A stretch of DNA of 62,372 nt from Thermovirgaceae bacterium (lineage in GTDB: Bacteria > Synergistota > Synergistia > Synergistales > Thermovirgaceae): positions 1-62,372 of the forward strand of contig JBKHBH010000003.1 in the NCBI GenBank assembly GCA_046542505.1. Reading direction: 5' to 3'. How positions within the stretch are numbered: the stretch's first letter is position 1; each line of letters starts with the position of its first letter. The notes beneath the pieces were generated by a model, which worked only from the letters and a program-made list of their open reading frames with translations, was not told the DNA's origin and searched no databases. Both the position numbers and the translations under genes were made by a program. Positions 19,215 through 28,165 of this stretch are shown here, one piece after another.

Positions 19215-20519
19215 TCACTCTGTGCCCCCAAAAACGATTTTTCCTTCCACAATGGCCATTACCGGCCAATGCGATAATTCGTGCCCTGACCAGGGACTCA
19301 ACCTGGCTTTGCTTCTCCAGTGTGCAGGGTCGACGGTTTTCTCGATCTTTGTATCCAGTACCGTAATGTCCGCCAAACTTCCCTCGCTGATCTTTCCCAT
19401 CTCTCTCCACTGTTCCGGCAAAAGAGCGGCAGGACCGGACGTCCAGAGTGAGAGGATCTTTTCCAGCGTACAGGGTTTTCCCCGATTGGCCCATTCTGTA
19501 AGGACGGCGGCGGCAGCACATTCAAGGGAAGCGATCCCGAAGGGAGCTTCCTGGAAGGGAAGGTCCTTCTCGTCTGCGTGATAGGGTGCGTGATCCGTTA
19601 TAATCGCGTCCACTGTCCCATCGGCGATGCCCTCCCAGAGAGCTTCCCTGTCCTCGGCGCTCCGCAGGGGCGGATTGACCTTGTACAGGCTGTCATAACC
19701 GCTTTCAACGACAGCGTTTTCGTCCATTACAAGATGATGGCAGGTGACATCACATGATACTGCAACATTCCTGTTTTTCGCCTGTCTGACGGCCTGAATG
19801 CCCGTTTTGGTGCTGACATGCGTGAAGTGGATACTGCTTCCCGTTTCCTCGGCAAGCAGTACCCCGCGGTGAATATCGCCGGCTTCGGAAGAAGCGGGGT
19901 TTCCCTTCAGACCGGATCTGGAAGAAACATATCCCCAATGGACCTGGCCGCCCTGGGAGAGATCAATGTCTTCGGGATGTTCCATAATGCGGATTCCCAG
20001 GCCGTGTGTGTACAGAAGGGCTTTCTGGAGAAGCCCCGTTTTCCGCACAGGGGATCCGTCATCAGTGAAAAAAACCGCTCCAGCGGCTGCCATCTTGGCC
20101 ATCTCCGCGAGATTTTCTCCGCGGCGTCCTTTCGTTACGGAACCTGAAGGTAGGACCCGTGCGCCATGGGACTGTTTGCCTTTTTCAAGGACGTACTGGA
20201 CAAGCGAAGCGCAGTCGATGGGCGGGTCCGTGTTCGGCATGGCCACCACGGTGCAAAATCCCCCAGCAGCTGCAGCTAGTGCTCCGGAGGGAATATCTTC
20301 GCGCCATTCCTGTCCGGGATCACGCAGGTGGACATGTAGGTCGATAAAACCAGGGCATACGATTCTCCCTTCCAGGTCCCGGGTTATTTCCTCCATCCCC
20401 GGCTGGACTTCGATTTTACCGATTTTCTTGATCCTCTTCCCGTCGATCAAAACATCCTGCGGTGTCTCATGCAGTTTTTTCCCGTCAAAGATACGGCCGT
20501 TGCGAAGCAGAATGGTCAT
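19215..20519 (-). CDS. pyrC: Dihydroorotase
   Basis: PGFIDLHVHLRDPG, AMPNT-P, HFTHVST, KVNPPLR, TDHAPY. Confidence 0.96.
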   Translation of the reverse strand: MTILLRNGRIFDGKKLHETPQDVLIDGKRIKKIGKIEVQPGMEEITRDLEGRIVCPGFIDLHVHLRDPGQEWREDIPSGALAAAAGGFCTVVAMPNTDPPIDCASLVQYVLEKGKQSHGARVLPSGSVTKGRRGENLAEMAKMAAAGAVFFTDDGSPVRKTGLLQKALLYTHGLGIRIMEHPEDIDLSQGGQVHWGYVSSRSGLKGNPASSEAGDIHRGVLLAEETGSSIHFTHVSTKTGIQAVRQAKNRNVAVSCDVTCHHLVMDENAVVESGYDSLYKVNPPLRSAEDREALWEGIADGTVDAIITDHAPYHADEKDLPFQEAPFGIASLECAAAAVLTEWANRGKPCTLEKILSLWTSGPAALLPEQWREMGKISEGSLADITVLDTKIEKTVDPAHWRSKARLSPWSGHELSHWPVMAIVEGKIVFGGTE

Positions 20520-21448
20520 TGTTCTCTGGCACCTCCAAGACACAGATATAGCAAGGCCATCCTCACGGCCACACCGCTTCTCACCTGGGCAAGAATAACG
20601 CTCTGTGACCCATCGGCCACGGTGCTTTCGATTTCAACCCGCCGGTTTATCGGGCCGGGGTGCATTACAAGGGCTTTTTCAGCTGCGGCATTCAGAAGCT
20701 GTTCATTTGCTCCGTAAGTCAGAAAATATTCGTCCAGGGAGGGGAACATTCCTTCATCCTGACGTTCCTGCTGGATCCTCAGGAGGTAGATCATGTGGGC
20801 ATCCTTGACTGCTTCAAAGGGATTGGCCTCGTATATCGCCTCGAAGCCGCCAGGATCTGACGGCATCAGTGTGGATGGTCCGGAAAGCACCACCTCGGCT
20901 CCCATGGTCCTGAAGCCGATCATGTTGCTTCGTGCGACCCTGCTGTGTTGAATGTCACCGACGATGGCAATTTTTTTCCCATCCAGGTTACCAAAATGTT
21001 TCCACGCGGTATAAAGATCCAGAAGTGCCTGCGTCGGGTGTGCATGGGTTCCGTCCCCGCCATTGAAAACAGCGCTTCGTTTCAGTTTTTTCCTGAGATA
21101 CGTTGCGGCGCCCACTGCTCCGTGCCTGATAACCACCGCATCGGCGCCCATGGCTTCCAGGGTCCACGCGGTGTCGCGAAGGGTTTCCCCCTTTGCCGTA
21201 CTTGACCCGGACGCGGACCAGTTGACTACATCGGCGCTTAAAAACTTCTCCGCAAGTTCAAAGGATACGCGCGTGCGCGTCGAGGGCTCGTAAAATAGAT
21301 TGACCACAAGTTTGCCTCGCAACGCCGGGACTTTCTTGATTGGTCTGTCGAGGAGGTCTTCCATGCTCCTCGCGTTTTCCAGGAGATATTCGATATCATC
21401 GCGACTCCAGGTATCAAGATCGATAAGGTCTCTGTGCTTCCACTCCAT
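20516..21448 (-). CDS. pyrB: Aspartate carbamoyltransferase catalytic subunit
   Basis: FYEPSTRTRVSF, HPTQALLD, GDIQHSRVARS, MHPGPINR. Confidence 0.97.
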   Translation of the reverse strand: MEWKHRDLIDLDTWSRDDIEYLLENARSMEDLLDRPIKKVPALRGKLVVNLFYEPSTRTRVSFELAEKFLSADVVNWSASGSSTAKGETLRDTAWTLEAMGADAVVIRHGAVGAATYLRKKLKRSAVFNGGDGTHAHPTQALLDLYTAWKHFGNLDGKKIAIVGDIQHSRVARSNMIGFRTMGAEVVLSGPSTLMPSDPGGFEAIYEANPFEAVKDAHMIYLLRIQQERQDEGMFPSLDEYFLTYGANEQLLNAAAEKALVMHPGPINRRVEIESTVADGSQSVILAQVRSGVAVRMALLYLCLGGAREQ

Positions 21449-22002
21449 TACCTGCTTTTCCCCTCTCGTTCACAGATTACGACTTCATCAATTCCGTCAA
21501 GTTCTTTCACTCTGACTTCGACGATTTCCTCCTGTGATGTGGGGGTAACCTTTCCCACATAATCCGGATGAATCGGCAGTTCCCGGTGTCCCCTGTCAAC
21601 AAGAACACAGAGCTGGACGGAGGAGGGCCTTCCAAGATCCATAAGTGCGTCCAGGGCAGCCCGAATTGTCCTCCCCGTGTAAATTACGTCATCTACAAGG
21701 ATGACCGTCCGTTTTGTAATATCAACGGGTAACGCCGTACTATGGACCACCGGTTGTTCGTGAAGAAGTGTGAGGTCGTCCCTGTAGAGAGTAATATCAA
21801 GAATTCCAGACGGCACCCTTATTGATTCCGTCTCCCCTAAATAACTTTTCAGCCTGCTTGTCAGATGCACTCCTCTCCTCTGGATGCCAACGAGGAGAGT
21901 ATTTTGCACTCCGCGGTTTCTCTCGAGGATTTCATGGGCCAGTCGTTTGAGGACCCGGGCCATATCCTCTTCATTCATGACCCGCGTCTTTTCGTTCAGC
22001 AC
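21448..22002 (-). CDS. pyrR: Bifunctional pyr operon regulator / uracil phosphoribosyltransferase PyrR
   Basis: RLAHEILERN, LDITLYRDD, LVDDVIYTGRTIRAALD, DRGHRELPI. GTG start 8 nt after GGGAGG. Confidence 0.95.
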   Translation of the reverse strand: MLNEKTRVMNEEDMARVLKRLAHEILERNRGVQNTLLVGIQRRGVHLTSRLKSYLGETESIRVPSGILDITLYRDDLTLLHEQPVVHSTALPVDITKRTVILVDDVIYTGRTIRAALDALMDLGRPSSVQLCVLVDRGHRELPIHPDYVGKVTPTSQEEIVEVRVKELDGIDEVVICEREGKSR

Positions 22003-22124
22003 TGCCGGCACCTCCCGTAAAAAAAAGGAGACAAGACCGCATTCTCATGCGTTTGCCTCCTTCCTGTCTCGGAGCTTCTTCTAGTTGAGCTCGACTGATT
22101 TGTCTTTTCAACTATCCCAAACAT
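21996..22124 (-). CDS. Putative pyr operon leader peptide (42 aa) spanning the attenuator
   Basis: AAGGAG 9 nt before ATG. Reads MFGIVEKTNQSSSTRRSSETGRRQTHENAVLSPFFYGRCRQC. The stop overlaps the pyrR start. Confidence 0.45.
   Translation of the reverse strand: MFGIVEKTNQSSSTRRSSETGRRQTHENAVLSPFFYGRCRQC
22019..22060 (-). terminator. Intrinsic terminator (attenuator) in pyr operon leader
   Basis: GGAGGCAA-ACGCAU-GAGA-AUGCG-GUC-UUGUCUCC followed by U8, immediately before the pyrR SD. Confidence 0.85.
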
Positions 22125-22157
22125 TCTCCACGGCTCCTTTTCGTTTCCGTGGCGCCT

Positions 22158-22186
22158 ATTTTACCAATGCCCCCATGAAAATGCAA
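22158..22186 (-). promoter_or_regulatory. Sigma-70-type promoter of pyr operon
   Basis: TTGCAT-N17-TAAAAT with extended -10 TG. Confidence 0.75.
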
Positions 22187-22195
22187 TCGGTTGCA

Positions 22196-22858
22196 TTACA
22201 TTTTTGCAAGAACTAATTCGGCTGCTTTGGATTCTGCCTCCCTGACAGTTTTCCCGGTCGCTCTCGTGAGGGTCTTTCCGTCTAGGACGACTTCAACGGT
22301 GTGGACCGGCTTGTGAGCCGGCCCCTCTGACTTGACGAGACGATATATCGGCCTGCTTTTTCCTTGCGATTCGAGACGCTCCTGAAGGATCGCCTTCGGG
22401 TTCGTTTCGTCTTGTAAAAGCAAAGCCTTCCTTGAATCGCAGAATCGGGAAAGGATCGCCATTGCTTTTTGAAATCCCCCATCAAGATATATGGCACCGA
22501 TGACGGCCTCCACCGCATCAGCAAGAACAGAAGGGTTTTTGCTCCCTCCGCTTTTTGAAAGCCCTTTGCCGAGCAGGATACGAGGCCCGAGTCCTGTTTC
22601 AAAGGCCCAATCCGCAAGGGTTTGTTCGCATACGAGGGTTGCCCGCTTGCGGCTCAGGTCTCCTTCGGTGTCATCTGGAAAGGATTCCCAGAGATACCGT
22701 GTAACGGCCAGTTGCAAAACGGCGTCGCCAAGAAATTCAAGACGTTCGTTAGTATACGCCAAAGCCTGTTCGTTTGAAAATGAGGCATGGGTCAGGGCTT
22801 CTTCCAGGTAACGGGGATCGGAAAAAGTGTAGTCGAAGATTTCGTGCTTTTTCGGCAA
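22196..22858 (-). CDS. rnc: Ribonuclease III
   Basis: ALTHAS, NERLEFLGDAVL, ADAVEAVIGAIYLDGG, C-terminal dsRBD. TTG start inferred. Confidence 0.95.
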   Translation of the reverse strand: MPKKHEIFDYTFSDPRYLEEALTHASFSNEQALAYTNERLEFLGDAVLQLAVTRYLWESFPDDTEGDLSRKRATLVCEQTLADWAFETGLGPRILLGKGLSKSGGSKNPSVLADAVEAVIGAIYLDGGFQKAMAILSRFCDSRKALLLQDETNPKAILQERLESQGKSRPIYRLVKSEGPAHKPVHTVEVVLDGKTLTRATGKTVREAESKAAELVLAKM

Positions 22859-22865
22859 ATCGGCT

Positions 22866-24107
22866 TCATTCCCTGTAGGATTCGACGGCAAGCACCGCGT
22901 TGTGGCCGCCGAAACCAAAGCTGTTTACGAGCAGGCGGTCAATGGTAGCCTTTAACGGATCCCCGTCTGGTACGATGTTTATTGAACATTCAGGATCGAT
23001 TTCATTGCAATTTGTCGTCGGATGAACAACTCCCTCGGTAATCGACTGCAGGGCCGCGATCAGTTCGAGCGCGCCTGCGGCACCAAGGCAGTGCCCTATC
23101 ATCGACTTGGTCGAATTGACAAGTATCTTGTCAGAAACTTCACCGAAGGCTTTACGTATGGCAAGAGCTTCCATCCTGTCGTTCAACGTCGTTGATGTTC
23201 CGTGGGCATTGATCAACTGGACGTCATCCAGACTCCACCGCGCTTTTTTGACGGCCTGTACCATAGCTTTTGCAGGAGTCAGGGCTTCCGGGTCGGGTGC
23301 AGTGATATGGTAGGCGTCACAGTTCGATCCGAACCCCTTCACCTCGCCGTAAATCCTTGCCCCCCTGCGTTTCGCGTGTTCGAGTTCCTCGAAAACCAGA
23401 ACGCCCGCTCCTTCGCCCATGACGAATCCATCTCTGTGAACGTCGAAAGGCCGTGACGCATGGACCGGATCATCGTTCCGTGTCGACAGGGCTTTCATGG
23501 CGCTGAAACCTGCCACAGCGACGGGAGTGATCGCTGCTTCTGTTCCCCCTGCAATCAGGATGTCTGCATCACCCCGTATGATCGTGTGAAAGGCTTCTCC
23601 CATGGTGTGCGTGGCTGTGGCACAGGCCGTCACAACACATATATTCGGCCCCTTGGCTTTTAACCGAATGGCTACGTATGCTGCGGGCATGTTGCTGAGC
23701 ATCATGGGGACGTAAAAAGGCCCGACACGGGCAGGCCCTTTTTCCATGAGAACCTTCGTGCCTTCGTAATTTGTGGAGATACCACCTTCACCGCTTCCGA
23801 TATAGACACCGAACCTGTCGGGGTCCACGGAATCAGTATCGAGCCCGGCATCACGTACGGCAAGATCGGCTGCGGCGACGGCGAACTGGATAACCCTGTC
23901 CGCTCGCCTCGCTTCCTTGCGTTCCATCCAGTTATCAGGTTTAAAATCCCGGACTTCGGCCGCTATACGTGAGGTGAAATCGGCCGGGTCAAAAAGGGTT
24001 ATTTCCCCAACGCCGTTTTTCCCCTCCGAAAGAGCCTTCCAGTATTCTTCCTTTCCGATTGCTATTGGGCTTACTACACCCAAGCCCGTAATCACAACCC
24101 TTTTCAC
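22866..24107 (-). CDS. fabF: 3-oxoacyl-ACP synthase II
   Basis: RVVITGLG, TACAT, NAHGTST, STKSMIGHCLGAAG, NSFGFGGHN. Confidence 0.97.
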   Translation of the reverse strand: MKRVVITGLGVVSPIAIGKEEYWKALSEGKNGVGEITLFDPADFTSRIAAEVRDFKPDNWMERKEARRADRVIQFAVAAADLAVRDAGLDTDSVDPDRFGVYIGSGEGGISTNYEGTKVLMEKGPARVGPFYVPMMLSNMPAAYVAIRLKAKGPNICVVTACATATHTMGEAFHTIIRGDADILIAGGTEAAITPVAVAGFSAMKALSTRNDDPVHASRPFDVHRDGFVMGEGAGVLVFEELEHAKRRGARIYGEVKGFGSNCDAYHITAPDPEALTPAKAMVQAVKKARWSLDDVQLINAHGTSTTLNDRMEALAIRKAFGEVSDKILVNSTKSMIGHCLGAAGALELIAALQSITEGVVHPTTNCNEIDPECSINIVPDGDPLKATIDRLLVNSFGFGGHNAVLAVESYRE

Positions 24108-24136
24108 GCCGGTTCACCCCTTTTGTCTCCCTGAAT

Positions 24137-24189
24137 GGGATTCAGTCGTCGCCGAATCCCGGCCGGGCGCAGGAGAAAATCCTGCGCCC
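24137..24189. other. Two tandem GC-rich hairpins between acpP and fabF
   Basis: GGGATTC...GAATCCC and GGGCGCAGGA-gaaaa-TCCTGCGCCC. Confidence 0.6.
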
Positions 24190-24206
24190 TCTATATTCCG
24201 GGAGAA

Positions 24207-24458
24207 CTATTCTTCAACGCCGAGTTTGTTCTTGATATAATCCATGGCCTCGCCGACATTCGTCAGTTTCTCGGCATCCTCATCAGGGATTTCGATGTCG
24301 AATTCCTCTTCGATCCCCATGATGAGCTCGACGATATCAAGAGAGTCAGCTCCGAGATCCTCAACGAAAGAAGCTTCCGGCTTGATCTGGTCTTCCTCGA
24401 CATCGAGCCTGTCCATTACGATTTCCTTGAGGCGGGCGGTAATCTCGTCCATCTTCAT
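24207..24458 (-). CDS. acpP: Acyl carrier protein
   Basis: [12 protein letters not shown] phosphopantetheine site. Confidence 0.97.
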   Translation of the reverse strand: MKMDEITARLKEIVMDRLDVEEDQIKPEASFVEDLGADSLDIVELIMGIEEEFDIEIPDEDAEKLTNVGEAMDYIKNKLGVEE

Positions 24459-24498
24459 GTCACTCACCTCCTTTTTCGAGAAACTTCCACATTGCTTT

Positions 24499-25245
24499 TT
24501 ATGCCATGGTCATGCCGCCGTCAACGGTAATGACCTGACCATTAATGTATGAGGCCTTTTCCGATACGAGAAAGGCGACAAGTTCGGCAATATCTTCCGG
24601 TTTCCCAAAACGGCCTGCAGGAACCTGGGCGAGCATGGCTTCACGGATTTTCTCCGGGAGGACCGCAGTCATGTCGGTCTCGATAAACCCCGGAGCTATT
24701 GCATTGGCAGTGATATGTTTCGAGCCCATTTCCCTTGCAAGGCTTTTCGTGAATCCGAGGATACCGGCCTTGGCGGCGGCGTAGTTCGCCTGCCCTGGGT
24801 TCCCTATCAGGGCGATGACAGAAGAAATGTTCACGATTCTTCCCCACCTGGCTTTCGCCATTTTCCGGATTGCCTGCCGGGTTACGAGAAAAACCGGGTT
24901 CAGGTCTTTTGATATGACCTCTTCCCATTCTTCGTCTTTCATACGCATAAGGAGGTTGTCCCTCGTAATACCGGCGTTATTGACGATCACGAGTACTGTC
25001 CCAAGGCGATCTTCAATCTCCTCGAACATCCGCACCACATCTTCTTTCTTTGAAACGTCAGCCTGAAATGCCGCAGCCTTGCCGCCGGCGTTTCTCAGCC
25101 GGGCCACAACCTCTTCGGCACCTTCCCGAGACCGGTTGTAATTGACGGCCAAAGTGTATCCCATCTCTCCCAGGCGTATTGCAACCGCTCTGCCTATGCC
25201 TCGTCCCGCACCGGTCACAAGTGCAACCCCGGACGATTCCGACAT
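24499..25245 (-). CDS. fabG: 3-oxoacyl-ACP reductase
   Basis: [31 protein letters not shown]. Confidence 0.96.
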   Translation of the reverse strand: MSESSGVALVTGAGRGIGRAVAIRLGEMGYTLAVNYNRSREGAEEVVARLRNAGGKAAAFQADVSKKEDVVRMFEEIEDRLGTVLVIVNNAGITRDNLLMRMKDEEWEEVISKDLNPVFLVTRQAIRKMAKARWGRIVNISSVIALIGNPGQANYAAAKAGILGFTKSLAREMGSKHITANAIAPGFIETDMTAVLPEKIREAMLAQVPAGRFGKPEDIAELVAFLVSEKASYINGQVITVDGGMTMA

Positions 25246-25249
25246 TTCT

Positions 25250-26197
25250 TTATCCCTCCTGACTCAATGTGCGGACCAAAGTCTCCGCTTCTTCTGGCGT
25301 GCCTGCCGTCAAGGCCGAAACGCCTTTCACGGTCCGTCGGATGAGACCGGTCAGCACCGATCCGGGACCGATTTCCGCAAACGTGTTTGCACCTGCCGAA
25401 TGCAGGTACTCGACCGTATCCTGCCAGAGGATGGGGCTATGGGTCTGAAGGTACAACGACCGTTTGATATCGTCTACTTTTCTTTCAGGTCTGGCGGAAA
25501 CGTTGGCGATTATAGGCCAATTTGGCTCCTGCCAATGACACTCTTCAAAGGCCACCTTGAGTTTTTCGGCGACAGGCTCCATAAGCCTGCAATGAAAAGG
25601 AGCGCTGACTTTCAGCTGTACCGCTCTTTTTGCTCCACGTTCCTTTGCAAGTTCCATTGCTTTTTCCACAGCTTCCGTTTCACCGGATATGACAATTTGT
25701 CCCGGGGCGTTGAAGTTTGCTGCTTCACAAGTCCCCACCGGGGAAAGTTCTTCACAGATTTTTCGTACTGCATCCCGCCCGATTCCTATCAAGGCAGCCA
25801 TTGTTCCTTTTCCCAGAGGGACAGCCTCCTGCATCAGCCGCCCCCGGAGGTGTACGAGCCTGACTCCGTCGGCTAGGCTGAGTGCTCCGCCGGCGACAAG
25901 AGCGGAATATTCGCCGAGGCTGTGTCCCGCTGCGTATGCTGGTTTCGGATTAAAACCAAGTTCGTTCTGGATTACTGAAAAAACAGCAATGCTCACCGTG
26001 AGGATTGCCGGCTGTGCAAAGGCCGTTTTCTTCAGTTCCTCTTCTGGGCCTTCCAGAATCAATTTCCCGAGATTGAAACCCAGGGCCTCGTCAGCTTCGC
26101 GGAAAACGCTCCGGGCCGTTTCAAAGCGCTTTGTAAGAGCACGGCCCATACCGACTTCCTGTGAACCCTGGCCCGGGAAAACCATCGCATAAGACAT
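25250..26197 (-). CDS. fabD: Malonyl-CoA:ACP transacylase
   Basis: FPGQGSQ, GHSLGEYSA, VSAPFH. Confidence 0.97.
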   Translation of the reverse strand: MSYAMVFPGQGSQEVGMGRALTKRFETARSVFREADEALGFNLGKLILEGPEEELKKTAFAQPAILTVSIAVFSVIQNELGFNPKPAYAAGHSLGEYSALVAGGALSLADGVRLVHLRGRLMQEAVPLGKGTMAALIGIGRDAVRKICEELSPVGTCEAANFNAPGQIVISGETEAVEKAMELAKERGAKRAVQLKVSAPFHCRLMEPVAEKLKVAFEECHWQEPNWPIIANVSARPERKVDDIKRSLYLQTHSPILWQDTVEYLHSAGANTFAEIGPGSVLTGLIRRTVKGVSALTAGTPEEAETLVRTLSQEG

Positions 26198-26211
26198 TTT
26201 CTCGATCCCTC

Positions 26212-27162
26212 TCACTCAAAGAGATTCTTTTCAAGAGATTGCAGGATCTCTGTTGCCTGCCCGAACATTTCGCGAATTATTGTTTGGGCGGGTTCAACGG
26301 CTTGTACAAGTGCAGCCGACTGCCCCGCCATGACGGAGCCCCATTCAACGTCGCCTTCGATAACTGCGGCTCGAAGCTTCCCTGTTCCGAATTCTTCCAG
26401 GTCTTTCACGTCGGTGCCTCGTTTTTCTAGTTCTTCGAATTTTTTTGTGAATTTGTTTTGGAGGCATCTAACTGGATGTCCCGTCGCTCTGCCTGTTACG
26501 ACGGTGCCCCTGTCTCTCGCCTTGATGATTTCCCGTTTGTACGCCTCGTGGACTTTTGATTCAAGACAGCAGGCAAAGCGGGTTCCCACCTGGACTCCTT
26601 CCGCGCCGAGTGCAAAAGCCGCCACCACGGCCCGTGCATCGGCGATGCCTCCAGCCGCGATAACTGGAATTTCGACGGTATCAGCGATTTGGGGAACCAG
26701 GACCATGGTTGTAGTTTCACCGATATGGCCCCCTGCTTCCATACCTTCTGCGATAACCGCATCGGCTCCCTGTCGGGCGACACGCTTCGCGTGCGCACTG
26801 GAAGCGATGACTGGGAAAATCTTCGTTCCGAGAGGCTTGAGTCGTTCAATGACCTTCCCGGGACTCCCGGCTCCAGTGGTAACAACAGGAACCCTCTGGC
26901 CGGCAACAACTTCGATGGCATCTTCGGCGGTTGGAGAAAGCAGCATGATGTTCACGCCGAAGGGCTTGTCCGTCATGGATTTCGCTTTTACGATTTCCCT
27001 TTCAAGCAGCTCGGGGGGCATGCTTCCTGCCGCGATAACTCCCAGCCCGCCTCCGTTGCTTACCGCAGAGGCCAGCTCGGCGTCGGCGACCCAGGCCATC
27101 CCCCCCTGGAGGATCGGGTATTCTATGCCAAGGAGGTTTTTCACGCGGTTGTTTCGCAGCAC
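26212..27162 (-). CDS. fabK: Enoyl-ACP reductase FabK
   Basis: PILQGGMAWVA, EGMEAGGHIG, IAAGGIAD. Located in the fab operon. Confidence 0.9.
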   Translation of the reverse strand: MLRNNRVKNLLGIEYPILQGGMAWVADAELASAVSNGGGLGVIAAGSMPPELLEREIVKAKSMTDKPFGVNIMLLSPTAEDAIEVVAGQRVPVVTTGAGSPGKVIERLKPLGTKIFPVIASSAHAKRVARQGADAVIAEGMEAGGHIGETTTMVLVPQIADTVEIPVIAAGGIADARAVVAAFALGAEGVQVGTRFACCLESKVHEAYKREIIKARDRGTVVTGRATGHPVRCLQNKFTKKFEELEKRGTDVKDLEEFGTGKLRAAVIEGDVEWGSVMAGQSAALVQAVEPAQTIIREMFGQATEILQSLEKNLFE

Positions 27163-27172
27163 AGGCGTCACC

Positions 27173-28165
27173 TCAAATCCTAAGCATGATAGCGCCGTAG
27201 GTCATGCCGGCGCCGAAACTTGTCAGGACGACACTGTCACCTTTTTTAAGCATGCCATTGTCTAACCCCTCATGAAGTGCGAGAAAAACAGAGGCAGCGG
27301 ACGTGTTTCCGTAGCGATCCAGATTCACAATCGATTTTGCCGGATCCAGCTTCATCCTTTTCATGACGCCTTCGATGATCCGTTTATTCGCCTGGTGAAA
27401 GATCCACCAGTCCACATCCCCTGTTTCCATGCCCGCATCCGAGCAAAGTCTTTTCAAAAAGGGAGGCAAAACGGTGTTGACATACTTGAACACGTCGTTG
27501 CCTTTCATCTTGATAAAATGTTCTCCCGCGTCTACGGTCTCGTGGGTTGCCGGTTTTTCGACAAGACCCCCAGGGAAGATGATAAAATCCGATTTCTCTC
27601 CTTCAGCATGAAGCTCTGCAGCCAGAATCGAGTTGTCAGCTTCCCCCGCTGCGAGAACCGCCGCACCAGCTCCGTCACCGAAGAGTACGCAGGTGTTTCG
27701 ATCGCTCCAGTCAACCATCCTGGACAGGACCTCCGCTCCGATAACAAGAACGTTTTTCCACAAACCGCTTCCGACACCCGAAGCGCCGACGGTCAAGGCA
27801 TATACGCACCCCGTACAACCGGCCTGGAGGTCAAATGCTCCGGCACGTTCCGCCCCTATGAGATACTGCACTTTCGGGCCGACACCGGGGAAAATCGTGT
27901 CAGGGGTATTTGTAGCAACGATAATCATGTCGATATCTGCAGGGCCGAGCCCTGCGTCTTCCAGTGCGGCGAGACCTGCTTTTGCCGCAATATCGCTGGT
28001 CAATTCCCCATCTGAAACATGCCTCTCGCGGATCCCCGTTCGGGAGGTGATCCATTCATCGCTCGTTTCCACCATTTTTTCAAGCTCTTCGTTGGTAAGT
28101 ACTTTTTCCGGGACATACATTCCGGTTCCTTTCAGAACGACGGGAATGCGAAAGTCAATCCCCAA
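27173..28165 (-). CDS. fabH: 3-oxoacyl-ACP synthase III
   Basis: WITSRTGIRER, AGCTG, LFGDGAGA, HQAN, GNTSAAS. Confidence 0.96.
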   Translation of the reverse strand: MGIDFRIPVVLKGTGMYVPEKVLTNEELEKMVETSDEWITSRTGIRERHVSDGELTSDIAAKAGLAALEDAGLGPADIDMIIVATNTPDTIFPGVGPKVQYLIGAERAGAFDLQAGCTGCVYALTVGASGVGSGLWKNVLVIGAEVLSRMVDWSDRNTCVLFGDGAGAAVLAAGEADNSILAAELHAEGEKSDFIIFPGGLVEKPATHETVDAGEHFIKMKGNDVFKYVNTVLPPFLKRLCSDAGMETGDVDWWIFHQANKRIIEGVMKRMKLDPAKSIVNLDRYGNTSAASVFLALHEGLDNGMLKKGDSVVLTSFGAGMTYGAIMLRI

